64,000 nt of DNA from Candidatus Latescibacterota bacterium (lineage in GTDB: Bacteria; Latescibacterota; UBA2968): the NCBI GenBank assembly GCA_965205975.1, contig OZ242195.1:3712001-3776000 (forward strand), written 5' to 3'. The translations under genes and the position numbers were made by a program. This document shows positions 37,343-46,421 of the stretch, piece after piece. A model generated the notes under the pieces. That model was not told where the DNA came from. It saw only the letters and a list, made by a program, of their open reading frames with translations, and did no database searches. Positions within the stretch are counted from its first letter, which is position 1; every line of letters begins with the position of its first letter.

Positions 37343-38391
37343 ATGCCCCATTTCTCAAAATCACTAACCTGTCCAAAAATTACGGCGAAACGCCAGCACT
37401 CTCGGAAATCTCACTCTCTCTTCACGCCGAAGAACTCCTCGTCGTCCTGGGACCAACAGGCGCGGGCAAAACAACGCTCTTGCGCATCATCGCGGGCCTC
37501 GAAGCAGCGAATACTGGGCGTATAACCGCCAATGGCACAGACATAACCCATCAACTACCCGCAGAACGCGATATCGCCCTCGTCTTTCAGAATTTCTCAC
37601 TCTATCCCAACAAAACCGTGCGCCAAAATCTCGCATTTCCACTACAAGCCCCCGGACGCAACCTCTCCAAAACAGAAATAGCAAACAGAATTTCCCACAC
37701 CGCCGACCTGCTTCGCATAACCCCGCTTCTATCCCGACCCGCCACGCACTTGTCCGGCGGCGAAATGCAACGCGTCGCAATCGGACGCGCCATCGTGCGC
37801 CAACCCCAACTCTTTCTCCTGGACGAACCCCTCACCAACCTGGACGCAAAATTGCGCGAAGTATTGCGCGTCGAACTCATCCGCCTCCAGCGCGACCTGC
37901 GCACACCCATGATTTACGTCACCCACGACCGGGTTGAAGCCCTCTCAATGGGCGACCGAATCGCCGTATTGTCCGAAGGGAAAATCCTGCAAATCGGCAC
38001 CCCTGAAGAAATCTACCAACAGCCCAATTCTCCGACCGTCGCCCGTCAACTCGGCTATCCCCCCATCAACACAATAGACGTCCACAAACAGCAAAACCAA
38101 TGGTTCACAGCCTCGAACCAGGCCATCATGACCGCAGATCACAACGCCCCATCAAACGCCACCCTCGGCATCCGCGCGGAAAATATTTCACCCCGTGGAG
38201 GCGAAATTCCCGCGACCATCGAAGTCATCGAAGACCTCGGCGCATCGACCATCTTGCTCGCCAACTGGGCGGGACAACCCATCCAGATCTCGATCTCCGG
38301 TGAGCAACAGTGGCATGTCGGAGATGAGATATACCCATCTATTGAACCAGACCGCATTTTGGTGTGGGAAACCATCGATGAACAGGGATAA
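37339..38391 (+). CDS. Sugar ABC transporter ATP-binding protein (second)
   Basis: GPTGAGKTT, LSGGE, LDEP, YVTHD. Confidence 0.96.
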   Translation: MNAPFLKITNLSKNYGETPALSEISLSLHAEELLVVLGPTGAGKTTLLRIIAGLEAANTGRITANGTDITHQLPAERDIALVFQNFSLYPNKTVRQNLAFPLQAPGRNLSKTEIANRISHTADLLRITPLLSRPATHLSGGEMQRVAIGRAIVRQPQLFLLDEPLTNLDAKLREVLRVELIRLQRDLRTPMIYVTHDRVEALSMGDRIAVLSEGKILQIGTPEEIYQQPNSPTVARQLGYPPINTIDVHKQQNQWFTASNQAIMTADHNAPSNATLGIRAENISPRGGEIPATIEVIEDLGASTILLANWAGQPIQISISGEQQWHVGDEIYPSIEPDRILVWETIDEQG

Positions 38392-38501
38392 AAACCCGTA
38401 GATCATGAGTATCGGTTGTTTACTTTGCGACTGGGTTTGGATATATTCTATGGGTGACCATTACTGGGATGCCTCTCCCATTTTTAAGGAGGATAATCAC
38501 A

Positions 38502-38732
38502 ATGAGCAATGATATAACTACAGAAGCGACCGTCACACTGAGCATTCAGCAACTGGAAGGACTTATCCGCAAGGTGGTTCGTGAAGAACTCATAGAATTG
38601 GCAAAACAGAAACCAGAAATTTTCAACCTCGATAAGAATACTCCGCTTTATGAGGACATGGAGGATATTCTTAAAAGAAAAAAATCAGGTCAATTGAAAT
38701 TTTATACGCACGCAGAAATTTGGGATGAATGA
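38502..38732 (+). CDS. Putative antitoxin
   Basis: 76 aa, AAGGAGG RBS, LIRKVVREEL, C-terminal FYTHAEIW; overlaps the toxin start. Confidence 0.7.
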   Translation: MSNDITTEATVTLSIQQLEGLIRKVVREELIELAKQKPEIFNLDKNTPLYEDMEDILKRKKSGQLKFYTHAEIWDE

Positions 38733-39054
38733 ATATCAAGCGTTTTATGAAGGTCGATTCGCCCGAAACCTTTCTCGCTACTCGAACATACGCCAGCGCA
38801 TCAAGCGAAGAGTTGAGCAGATTCTCAAAAACCCCTATGATCGCACAGAACGTCTTGGGCAGGTTTCTGGAGGATTAGATTTGCGGGGTTGCCGCAGTGC
38901 TCGGGTGGATAGAAACTTCAGATTGATTTTTGTTATCTGTGAAGAATGTCGGTATATACAAGCGTGTCAGTATTGCCTTTGCGAAGGCAGAGAAGATAAA
39001 ACAATTGTTTTCTTAACGGTTGGGCCACACAATAGGGCTTATGCAATGAGATGA
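38725..39054 (+). CDS. RelE/YafQ-like toxin with Cys-rich insertion
   Basis: L.G.RSARVDRNFRLIF...IVFLTVGPH..AY. Confidence 0.8.
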   Translation: MNEYQAFYEGRFARNLSRYSNIRQRIKRRVEQILKNPYDRTERLGQVSGGLDLRGCRSARVDRNFRLIFVICEECRYIQACQYCLCEGREDKTIVFLTVGPHNRAYAMR

Positions 39055-39080
39055 ACATAGAACGGATAAAAAGCGGATCG

Positions 39081-39123
39081 AACTAAAAGAGCCGACGCGC
39101 GAACATCGGCTCTTTTAGTTTTT
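39081..39123. terminator. Intrinsic terminator
   Basis: 15-bp stem aactaaaagagccga / tcggctcttttagtt with T tail. Confidence 0.85.
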
Positions 39124-39225
39124 CATCAAAAAAAAGAGGTTCTTTCAGGCTTGCTGGAAGAACCTTCTCATTTTATACTGAGCAGTGCAAGAATGTAATC
39201 TCTATTAAACCCCAAGAGGTTCGTT

Positions 39226-40212
39226 ATGAAAAAAATACGGTTGTTCAATCTCACTCTCCTGTTGATCTCAGGTCTGTTTACAGGTTGTGGCAGTACAGGA
39301 CTCTATGTTACGGTAACACAGCCAGCGGAAATTAATCTAAAAGATTTTGATAAGATTTCGGTTGGAGAAATTAAAGGTTCGGGAAGCGGCGTCTTATCGG
39401 CACTCAGCGATCTTGTCCGGGTTGTAGGAGGTGGAGAAACCAAAGACTCAGGAAGCCATAAATTCTCCGCTGAGTTGACACAGGTCCTCTTTGAATCTAA
39501 ACGATTTGAAGTACTCGATCACGAGAGCCTGAAGACGGGTTTTGGCCAGAACAATCGTACCGGAAACATCGCCCTCATCTCTGGCACTATTTCAGAATAC
39601 AACTACAGAGAGGATTTAACCCACAAAGATGTAGAGAAAAAAGATAAAAAGACGGGTGAAGTCGATACCACGCGAACCTACTACCGTGAAGGAATTGCAA
39701 AGGTAAGTGTCAGCCTGCGTATTGTGGATTTGCGCACATCAAAAATTTTGGCAACCAGGAAGTTTGACAAATCTGAGAGCGCAAAAGAATCAAGGAAGAA
39801 TTTAAAGCCGCCCCGTATTGATCGCTCGCGTCTTTTTGAGGCGTGTCGGACGCAAATTATTCGCTCTTTTATGCGGATGATTGTGCCTTATACCGAGCGT
39901 GTGTATATCTCATTTGAAACCGACAAAAAAATACCAGAATTGGAACGTGGCTTTAGAATGGTCAAGCTGGGCAATTGGGATACCGCGCTTGACATCTTTC
40001 AAAGGGTAACCGAGACCTATCCCAATTCCCCTTTAGTCCATAAGGCATATTACAATCTTGGTCTGAGCTACATGTACACGGATCAGTTTGACCAGGCGCG
40101 AACAGCATTAGAAGAAGCCTATGCCAGAAAGTCTGAAGCAAAATATATAGATGCCATCAAAAAACTGAATGCACGCATTAAAGATACGCGTCGGTTGGAA
40201 GAGCAGATGTGA
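39226..40212 (+). CDS. Lipoprotein with CsgG-like N-terminal domain and C-terminal TPR
   Basis: FTGC lipobox; SKRFEVLD, LRIVDLRTSKIL; AYYNLGLSY TPR. Confidence 0.8.
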   Translation: MKKIRLFNLTLLLISGLFTGCGSTGLYVTVTQPAEINLKDFDKISVGEIKGSGSGVLSALSDLVRVVGGGETKDSGSHKFSAELTQVLFESKRFEVLDHESLKTGFGQNNRTGNIALISGTISEYNYREDLTHKDVEKKDKKTGEVDTTRTYYREGIAKVSVSLRIVDLRTSKILATRKFDKSESAKESRKNLKPPRIDRSRLFEACRTQIIRSFMRMIVPYTERVYISFETDKKIPELERGFRMVKLGNWDTALDIFQRVTETYPNSPLVHKAYYNLGLSYMYTDQFDQARTALEEAYARKSEAKYIDAIKKLNARIKDTRRLEEQM

Positions 40213-40230
40213 TTTTCTTTATTCCACTAC

Positions 40231-41973
40231 TCAAGACGAACTTTCCGGAGGGGCTTCGAGGCGATAAACCGAGGTAATATTGGGAACCTTGCGGAGATTT
40301 TTCAGAAGTTCTTCGAGATGGTCGGCATCTTTGATCTCTACCTGGAATTGGTCGTTAATCTCCTCGCGCCTCGTCTCGATACTGGCACTCAAAATGGGAA
40401 CACCGAGATCGGACATAACCCGTGTCATATCGGACAACAAATTGGTGCGATCCTTGCCCGTAACCTGGATGGTTGCAGTAAAAGTCTCTGTCTGATTAAA
40501 AGCCTCTTCGCGCAGAACCCGTCGAATACAACTTCGCGCTTTGGCACTCTTGACAAAATCGAGCCAATCGCGGTGCGGATGCTGGTGTGGCGACGTAATA
40601 ATCTCAACCGTCTGCCCCGTCTCAAGCGGCGTAGATAATGGCACCATCTGACTGTCAATGCGGGCACCCACGCAGCGATTGCCAATTTCGGTATGCACTG
40701 CAAAGGCAAAATCGACGGGTGTGGCCTCATCGGGAAGCTGAATCAGATCGCCCTGGGGCGTAAAAACATAAATCTCATTTGAAAAAAGATCGACCTTGAG
40801 TTCCTCGATAATTTCTTGAGGATCTGATGTCTCCCCCTGCCATTCGAGCATATTGCGAAGCCCATCTATTTGTTGATCGAGTTCCGACCTTTCTGGAGAA
40901 CCCTCTTTGTAAAGCCAGTGTGCTGCAATACCCACTTCTGCTGTTTGGTGCATCTCATGGGTGCGTATCTGCACCTCGATCATCAACCCGCGCGGGCCTA
41001 TCACCGTCGTGTGCAAAGACTGATACATATTGCTCTTGGGCGTCGCAATAAAATCCTTAAACCGGGGCATAACCGGTGTATAGAGCGAGTGAATCATACC
41101 CAGAACGTGATAACATTCCTGGACCGTATCGACCAGTATGCGGATGGCTAACAAATCGTAGATATCTTCAAAAGCTTTGCTCCGCGTCTGCATCTTCCGG
41201 TTAATACTGAAGAAGTTTTTGGGCCGTCCCGTGATCTCCCCTCGAATATTTGCTTCCTTGAGTATTTTTTGCAGTGGCACGCGCATCTCTTCGATATAGG
41301 CCTCGCGTTCTCGTCTCTTAAGACGGATCTTTTTGCTAATCGCGCGATAGGCTTCCGGCTCGAGCCATTTGAGAGCCAGGTCTTCAAGCTCCCACCGAAT
41401 ACGCGCAATCCCCAAACGGTGTGCCAGAGGCGCGTAAATATCGAGACTCTCACGCGCCATGCGCTCGCGCGTTTCAGGAGGCAGGGGATCCAGCGTACGC
41501 ATATTGTGCAGACGTTCGCAAAACTTAACAAGAACGACGCGCAAGTCATTGATCAAAGACAGAAACATCTTGCGGAAATTCTCGGCTTGCTCGGCCTCTT
41601 GCGATTGGAAGGACAGATCTTTAATCCTGGTCACACCGTCAACCAGATCGGCAATATGAGAACCAAAATGACGCGCGATTTGTGCGTGGGTTGCTGTGCC
41701 GTGCGCTATGGTATCGTGCAAAATACCAGCCACCAGAGTTACAGTATCCTGCTTGAGATCTATCAGGATGCGCCCAACCTCAAGCGCGTGTACAATATAC
41801 GGCTGGCCCGACTTGCGAAAATGATCTTGATGTGCCTTCCTCGCAAAATGAAAGGCACGGGTCAAGAGTTTTACATTGTAATCGGAACGGCTTTGAAGAG
41901 CATCTTGGAGAAATGCGTCAAAGATGGGATCATCTGTGAAGGATTTTGGGGAGAGATTGGTCATAGATATCAC
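40231..41973 (-). CDS. RelA/SpoT homologue, shortened (HD-SYNTH-TGS-ACT)
   Basis: RKSG.PY..H, YAPLAHRLG, RFKD, YQSLHT, EVQIRT, VFTP.G..DFAF.VHT TGS, DR..LL.D ACT. Confidence 0.95.
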   Translation of the reverse strand: MISMTNLSPKSFTDDPIFDAFLQDALQSRSDYNVKLLTRAFHFARKAHQDHFRKSGQPYIVHALEVGRILIDLKQDTVTLVAGILHDTIAHGTATHAQIARHFGSHIADLVDGVTRIKDLSFQSQEAEQAENFRKMFLSLINDLRVVLVKFCERLHNMRTLDPLPPETRERMARESLDIYAPLAHRLGIARIRWELEDLALKWLEPEAYRAISKKIRLKRREREAYIEEMRVPLQKILKEANIRGEITGRPKNFFSINRKMQTRSKAFEDIYDLLAIRILVDTVQECYHVLGMIHSLYTPVMPRFKDFIATPKSNMYQSLHTTVIGPRGLMIEVQIRTHEMHQTAEVGIAAHWLYKEGSPERSELDQQIDGLRNMLEWQGETSDPQEIIEELKVDLFSNEIYVFTPQGDLIQLPDEATPVDFAFAVHTEIGNRCVGARIDSQMVPLSTPLETGQTVEIITSPHQHPHRDWLDFVKSAKARSCIRRVLREEAFNQTETFTATIQVTGKDRTNLLSDMTRVMSDLGVPILSASIETRREEINDQFQVEIKDADHLEELLKNLRKVPNITSVYRLEAPPESSS

Positions 41974-44513
41974 GCCCAGATAATTAATCCAGTCTCACAT
42001 ATCGAATTGAGGTCCTGATGGTGCGGGCGAACGCGAACTGTATAGCCCCATCGGCCGCTTTTTTGCAAAGGCAGGTGCCCCACAAAAGTATGGGAATCCA
42101 CAAGCACCATAGGCAGCGACTCGCCCTGGACAATCTGCCCCTCTGCGCCGACCTGCCCGTGAAAAATTTCGACAGCCACATCCTCTACACTCAAGTCGCC
42201 CAACGCGACATCCGCGCGAATTTCGACCTTGTCGCCCACATGTGATGTCTGCGCCTGGCTCGACGTTACAGAACGGACCGCGACATCCTTCCACCCCTGG
42301 CGAACTCTATCTTTCCATTCGGCCAGAGCACTGGCTCTCGCGCCATTGTTATCCGAGAGGTCTTTTGATCGCGCATGCGCCTTCAAATAGAACCGCTCGG
42401 TATATTCCTGCACCATGCGGTGGGTATTGAACTTTGGACACAACACGCGCATAGCATTCTTCATCCGGGCGATCCATCCTCTGGGCAATCCATCCACACC
42501 GCGATTATAAAAAAGCGGCACCGCTTCTTTCTCGAGAATATTGTAAATCGCCCGCGCTTCAATCTGGTTTTGATACGCCGGATCGTCGTATTCTTTACCG
42601 TGACCGATCTCCCAGCCCAATTCCGGTTGATACGCTTCGTCCCACCAGCCATCGAGTACACTGAGATTTAACGCGCCATTGGCAACGGCTTTCATGCCAC
42701 TGGTACCGCTGGCTTCCTGCGGTCTCATCGGCGTATTCAGCCAGATATCGACCCCTTGCACGAGATAACGCGCCACACACATATCGTAATTCTCGATAAA
42801 AACCAGACGCCGATGGAGATACTCGCGCTGCGTAAGACTGAAAATTTCCTGAATAAATTCTTTTCCCGCATGGTCCTGCGGATGCGCCTTGCCCGCAAAA
42901 ATAACCTGAACGGGACGTTCTTCATTGCACAAAATACGCGTGAGCCTCTCGAGATCGTGAAACAAAAGCGTTGCGCGTTTATAAGTCGCAAAACGCCTGG
43001 CAAATCCAATTGTAAGCGCATCGGAAGTCAGAACCTCGTCGGCGCGCGCCATATCGATTGACGACGCTATTTCTCGCTGCAACTGCTTTCTAAGACGCTG
43101 CCGCGCAAATGCAACGAGGCGTTCTCTTCTGCGCTCGTGGACGCGCCAGAGTTCCTCGGGCGGAATGTGGTCTATCGTCTCCCACACACTCTGATCGTGT
43201 GGTTCCTCCAGGCGTCGAGGCCCCATGTAATTGTCTTCAAGGGCGCGCATTTGTTGCGAGATATGGGAAGCAATATGAACGCCGTTGGTAATGGATTCGA
43301 CGGGTATTTCATTTTTTGGCAGCCCGGGCCACAGCGACTGCCACATATTGCGCGAGACCTCGCCGTGGAGTTTGCTAACGCCATTGCGATAGGACGACAG
43401 CCTGAACGCGAGCACTGTCATATTAAAACCCTCGCTGACATTATGGGGATTCTCGCGCCCCAAAGCGAAGAATGCAGACATGGAAAGACCGAGATCCTGC
43501 GCGTAGGATCTGAAGTATTTTTCTATCAGAGAAACGGGAAAAACATCGTGCCCGGCCGGAACGGGGGTATGGGTCGTAAAAACGTGGCCTGCCGACGTGT
43601 ACTCTGCCGCCTGTTCAAATGTGGCACCACTGTTGTGCATCGCCTGCAGTATGCGCTCCAGCCCCAGAAAAGCCGAATGCCCTTCATTCATGTGGCATAC
43701 CGTGGGCTGTATGCCCAATGCGTTGAGCGCGCGCACACCGCCAATACCCAGCAGAATTTCCTGCCGGATGCGCGTCTCACTATCGCCACCGTAGAGCTGT
43801 GCTGTAATCTCGCGGATAGATGGCGGATTTTCCATCAAATTGGTATCGAGCAAGTACAGGGGAATGCGTCCAACCTGCACTTTCCATATCCGCACCCGCG
43901 CTTCTGCTTCGGGATATGAGAGCGTAATAGTGATATCCCGACCGCGCTCATCGCGAACAATCTGGACGGGTAGTGCGTAATAGTCATTTTCGATATATTC
44001 TTCTTGTTGCCAACCGTCATTTGTGAGATACTGATTGAAATATCCGTGTTGATACAGCAGACCCACAGCAGAAAAGGGCAACCCCAGAGTACTCGCAGAT
44101 TTGAGATGATCCCCAGCCAACACCCCCAGACCACCCGAATAAATCGGCAGACTTTCGGTGAGACCAAACTCCGCAGAAAAATAGGCGATTTGAATATCGG
44201 ACGCTGTTTTGCCGTGGGCGGAGTGAAAATAGGTCTCCCCATCCATAAACGCGCGGAAAGACTCTGAGACCCGCTTAAAATGCGCCATGAATCCCGGATT
44301 TTCAGAGAGTTGATTCAGGCGTTCCTGGCTGATATCATTGAGCATACGCACCGGATTGTGATAAACGGTTTCCCAGAGAATGGGATCAATGCGTCGAAAC
44401 AGATCCATCGTATCCGGATCCCACGCCCAGCGCAGATTATACGCCAGTGCTTCCAGGCCCTGAAGGGATTTGGGCAATGAGGGTTTGACCACAAATGTAG
44501 AAATTGGTTTCAC
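41970..44513 (-). CDS. glgP: Alpha-glucan (glycogen) phosphorylase
   Basis: YSGGLGVLAGD, HMNEGH, ARRFATYKR, EASGTSGMK PLP motif. Confidence 0.97.
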   Translation of the reverse strand: MKPISTFVVKPSLPKSLQGLEALAYNLRWAWDPDTMDLFRRIDPILWETVYHNPVRMLNDISQERLNQLSENPGFMAHFKRVSESFRAFMDGETYFHSAHGKTASDIQIAYFSAEFGLTESLPIYSGGLGVLAGDHLKSASTLGLPFSAVGLLYQHGYFNQYLTNDGWQQEEYIENDYYALPVQIVRDERGRDITITLSYPEAEARVRIWKVQVGRIPLYLLDTNLMENPPSIREITAQLYGGDSETRIRQEILLGIGGVRALNALGIQPTVCHMNEGHSAFLGLERILQAMHNSGATFEQAAEYTSAGHVFTTHTPVPAGHDVFPVSLIEKYFRSYAQDLGLSMSAFFALGRENPHNVSEGFNMTVLAFRLSSYRNGVSKLHGEVSRNMWQSLWPGLPKNEIPVESITNGVHIASHISQQMRALEDNYMGPRRLEEPHDQSVWETIDHIPPEELWRVHERRRERLVAFARQRLRKQLQREIASSIDMARADEVLTSDALTIGFARRFATYKRATLLFHDLERLTRILCNEERPVQVIFAGKAHPQDHAGKEFIQEIFSLTQREYLHRRLVFIENYDMCVARYLVQGVDIWLNTPMRPQEASGTSGMKAVANGALNLSVLDGWWDEAYQPELGWEIGHGKEYDDPAYQNQIEARAIYNILEKEAVPLFYNRGVDGLPRGWIARMKNAMRVLCPKFNTHRMVQEYTERFYLKAHARSKDLSDNNGARASALAEWKDRVRQGWKDVAVRSVTSSQAQTSHVGDKVEIRADVALGDLSVEDVAVEIFHGQVGAEGQIVQGESLPMVLVDSHTFVGHLPLQKSGRWGYTVRVRPHHQDLNSICETGLIIWA

Positions 44514-44531
44514 AGAGTTTTCTCCTGAACG

Positions 44532-45554
44532 TCACACATCTTCAACAGCGACGACTGCATCTGTTTCCCACGATTTTATCGCCGCTTCAATAACCATCTG
44601 TGCTTTGAGTGCTTCTTCACCCGAACCTTCGATATCTTCGGGAGATGCGTCTTCAAGATTTTGCTCTATCCATCGCCCAATGCGGCTTTGAAATGTTTCG
44701 TTGAACCCCATCATACCGCCGATATAGTCATAGCGTTCGAGTTCCATTGAGCGGCGGGGGTGAAAATGCAGGCGTTCACAGGCTTCTTCGAGCACAAAGC
44801 GAGCGTCTGATCCGGCAACTTCGAGACGTTCGAGACCATAAGACCCTCCCGGTCCCGTGGCATCGTAACTTCCGGTGAGATTACCCACCGTACCGTCTGA
44901 AAAGCGCATGTTGAGTTGCATATTTGACCAGCACACGCGGCGATTGCCATCTCGATCCAGGCCGCGCTTAAAAAAGGCACTCACCTTTTCAATATCGCCG
45001 CAAAAGTAGCGCATAACATCGATAGAGTGCGGGTGCAAGGCGCGAATGTGGAACCACGGCGACGTTTCTCGGGGATTATTGATCCACATAGTCATATTGA
45101 TAATATTGATCTCGCCCAGCCTACCCTGATCAACCCAATCTTTGGCACGCGCAGCAGCAGGCGTAAAACGGTGATTGAGGTCAATACCATAGCGCAGATT
45201 TTTATCTTTTGCTCTGGCAACCATCTCTTTTGCCTCGTCAATATTATTCGAAATCGGTTTTTCTCCGAGTACATGAACACCCGCTTCGAGGAGTTCCATC
45301 GTAGGTTTATAGTGATCGCCACCATTTTCATGACCGGCAGTCGCAACACTTGCCACCGCGATATCCAGCCCCGCGTTGAGCATATCTTGTACAGAGTAAA
45401 ATGCCCTAACACCGTATTGCGACGCCGCGGCATCTGCGCGTCTTTGGTCTATATCGCAAACAGCAGCGAGATTGCATTGGTCGTGACCATTATAAATCGT
45501 GGCGTGTCGGTTGCCAATACCCCCCAAACCGACCACGGCGACATTTAATCCCAT
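44532..45554 (-). CDS. Gfo/Idh/MocA oxidoreductase
   Basis: VVGLGGIG, EKP, H.ID; start re-called at 45554. Confidence 0.93.
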   Translation of the reverse strand: MGLNVAVVGLGGIGNRHATIYNGHDQCNLAAVCDIDQRRADAAASQYGVRAFYSVQDMLNAGLDIAVASVATAGHENGGDHYKPTMELLEAGVHVLGEKPISNNIDEAKEMVARAKDKNLRYGIDLNHRFTPAAARAKDWVDQGRLGEINIINMTMWINNPRETSPWFHIRALHPHSIDVMRYFCGDIEKVSAFFKRGLDRDGNRRVCWSNMQLNMRFSDGTVGNLTGSYDATGPGGSYGLERLEVAGSDARFVLEEACERLHFHPRRSMELERYDYIGGMMGFNETFQSRIGRWIEQNLEDASPEDIEGSGEEALKAQMVIEAAIKSWETDAVVAVEDV

Positions 45555-45567
45555 TGAAAACTCCCTT

Positions 45568-46245
45568 CTACCAGTTGCTGAGTATCCGACCGACAAATGC
45601 CGGAACTTCGTCTGTGAAAAAATACATGACGGCAAAGACCGCGAAGAGAATATAGATTCCGATCACGGTGAACATAATAATCTTTTTCCGCTTGCTCATC
45701 CCGGTGCGCGGCGCAGATCTGAGATCGCGCGATTGTTTGAGGAAGGGTTCTGATTTATCCTCCTCCGAGGACGTTTCCGATGGCGCTTCCGCCTCTTCTC
45801 CTTCTTCAGTACTTTCCTCAGATACTTTTTGCTCGGTTTCCTCTGCGTCTGCTGGTGTATCCGCTTCTATATTTTCCTCTAATTCGGCTATGTCGAACAC
45901 ATGCTCTATTTTTTCGATAAGCGTTTTGTCTTCAAATGGTTTTTCAACAATACCGTAAACACCCTGTTCCAAGAGCGCTTTGGCTTCTGCTTCCTCAACG
46001 GGAAACGATACCACAATTACTGGCATTTCAAAGCCTTCTTCGCGAATAAATTCGATCAACACATCGCCGTAAACAACCGGCATCTCGAGATTGAGCAACA
46101 CCAGATCGGGTTGTCCGTGCGCGATCGCATCAACCGCTTCGGTCCACGTTGTCGCGCTCTGTGCCTGATAATCATTGGATTCGAGAATCTTGACAATCCT
46201 TTTTACAGCGGCTTCTTCACTATCAATAGTCAAAATTTTTGTCAT
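45568..46245 (-). CDS. Pseudo-receiver domain protein with acidic linker and C-terminal TM
   Basis: PDLVLLNLEMP (N at the phospho-Asp site), KPF; TM IIMFTVIGIYILFAVFAVMYFF. Confidence 0.85.
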   Translation of the reverse strand: MTKILTIDSEEAAVKRIVKILESNDYQAQSATTWTEAVDAIAHGQPDLVLLNLEMPVVYGDVLIEFIREEGFEMPVIVVSFPVEEAEAKALLEQGVYGIVEKPFEDKTLIEKIEHVFDIAELEENIEADTPADAEETEQKVSEESTEEGEEAEAPSETSSEEDKSEPFLKQSRDLRSAPRTGMSKRKKIIMFTVIGIYILFAVFAVMYFFTDEVPAFVGRILSNW

Positions 46246-46421
46246 ACCGTCCCCCGTGCGTAGTAGGGCAAATATTGGCACTTGAAAGTATAAAGCGAAA
46301 GAAGTCCAATGACAAGGATTTTCCCTCACTGCAATCACCCGGTGAGTTCTCTCTTGATGGGTGAACGTGCGTATAGTATATTGCAATACAAACAAATTAA
46401 AAATTAAAAATCGGGAGTCTT

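Noticed and set aside
46363..46374. GAAC-N4-GTAT upstream of uvrA as a LexA box
   Set aside because: Imperfect match to GAAC-N4-GTTC, and the LexA motif of this lineage is unknown
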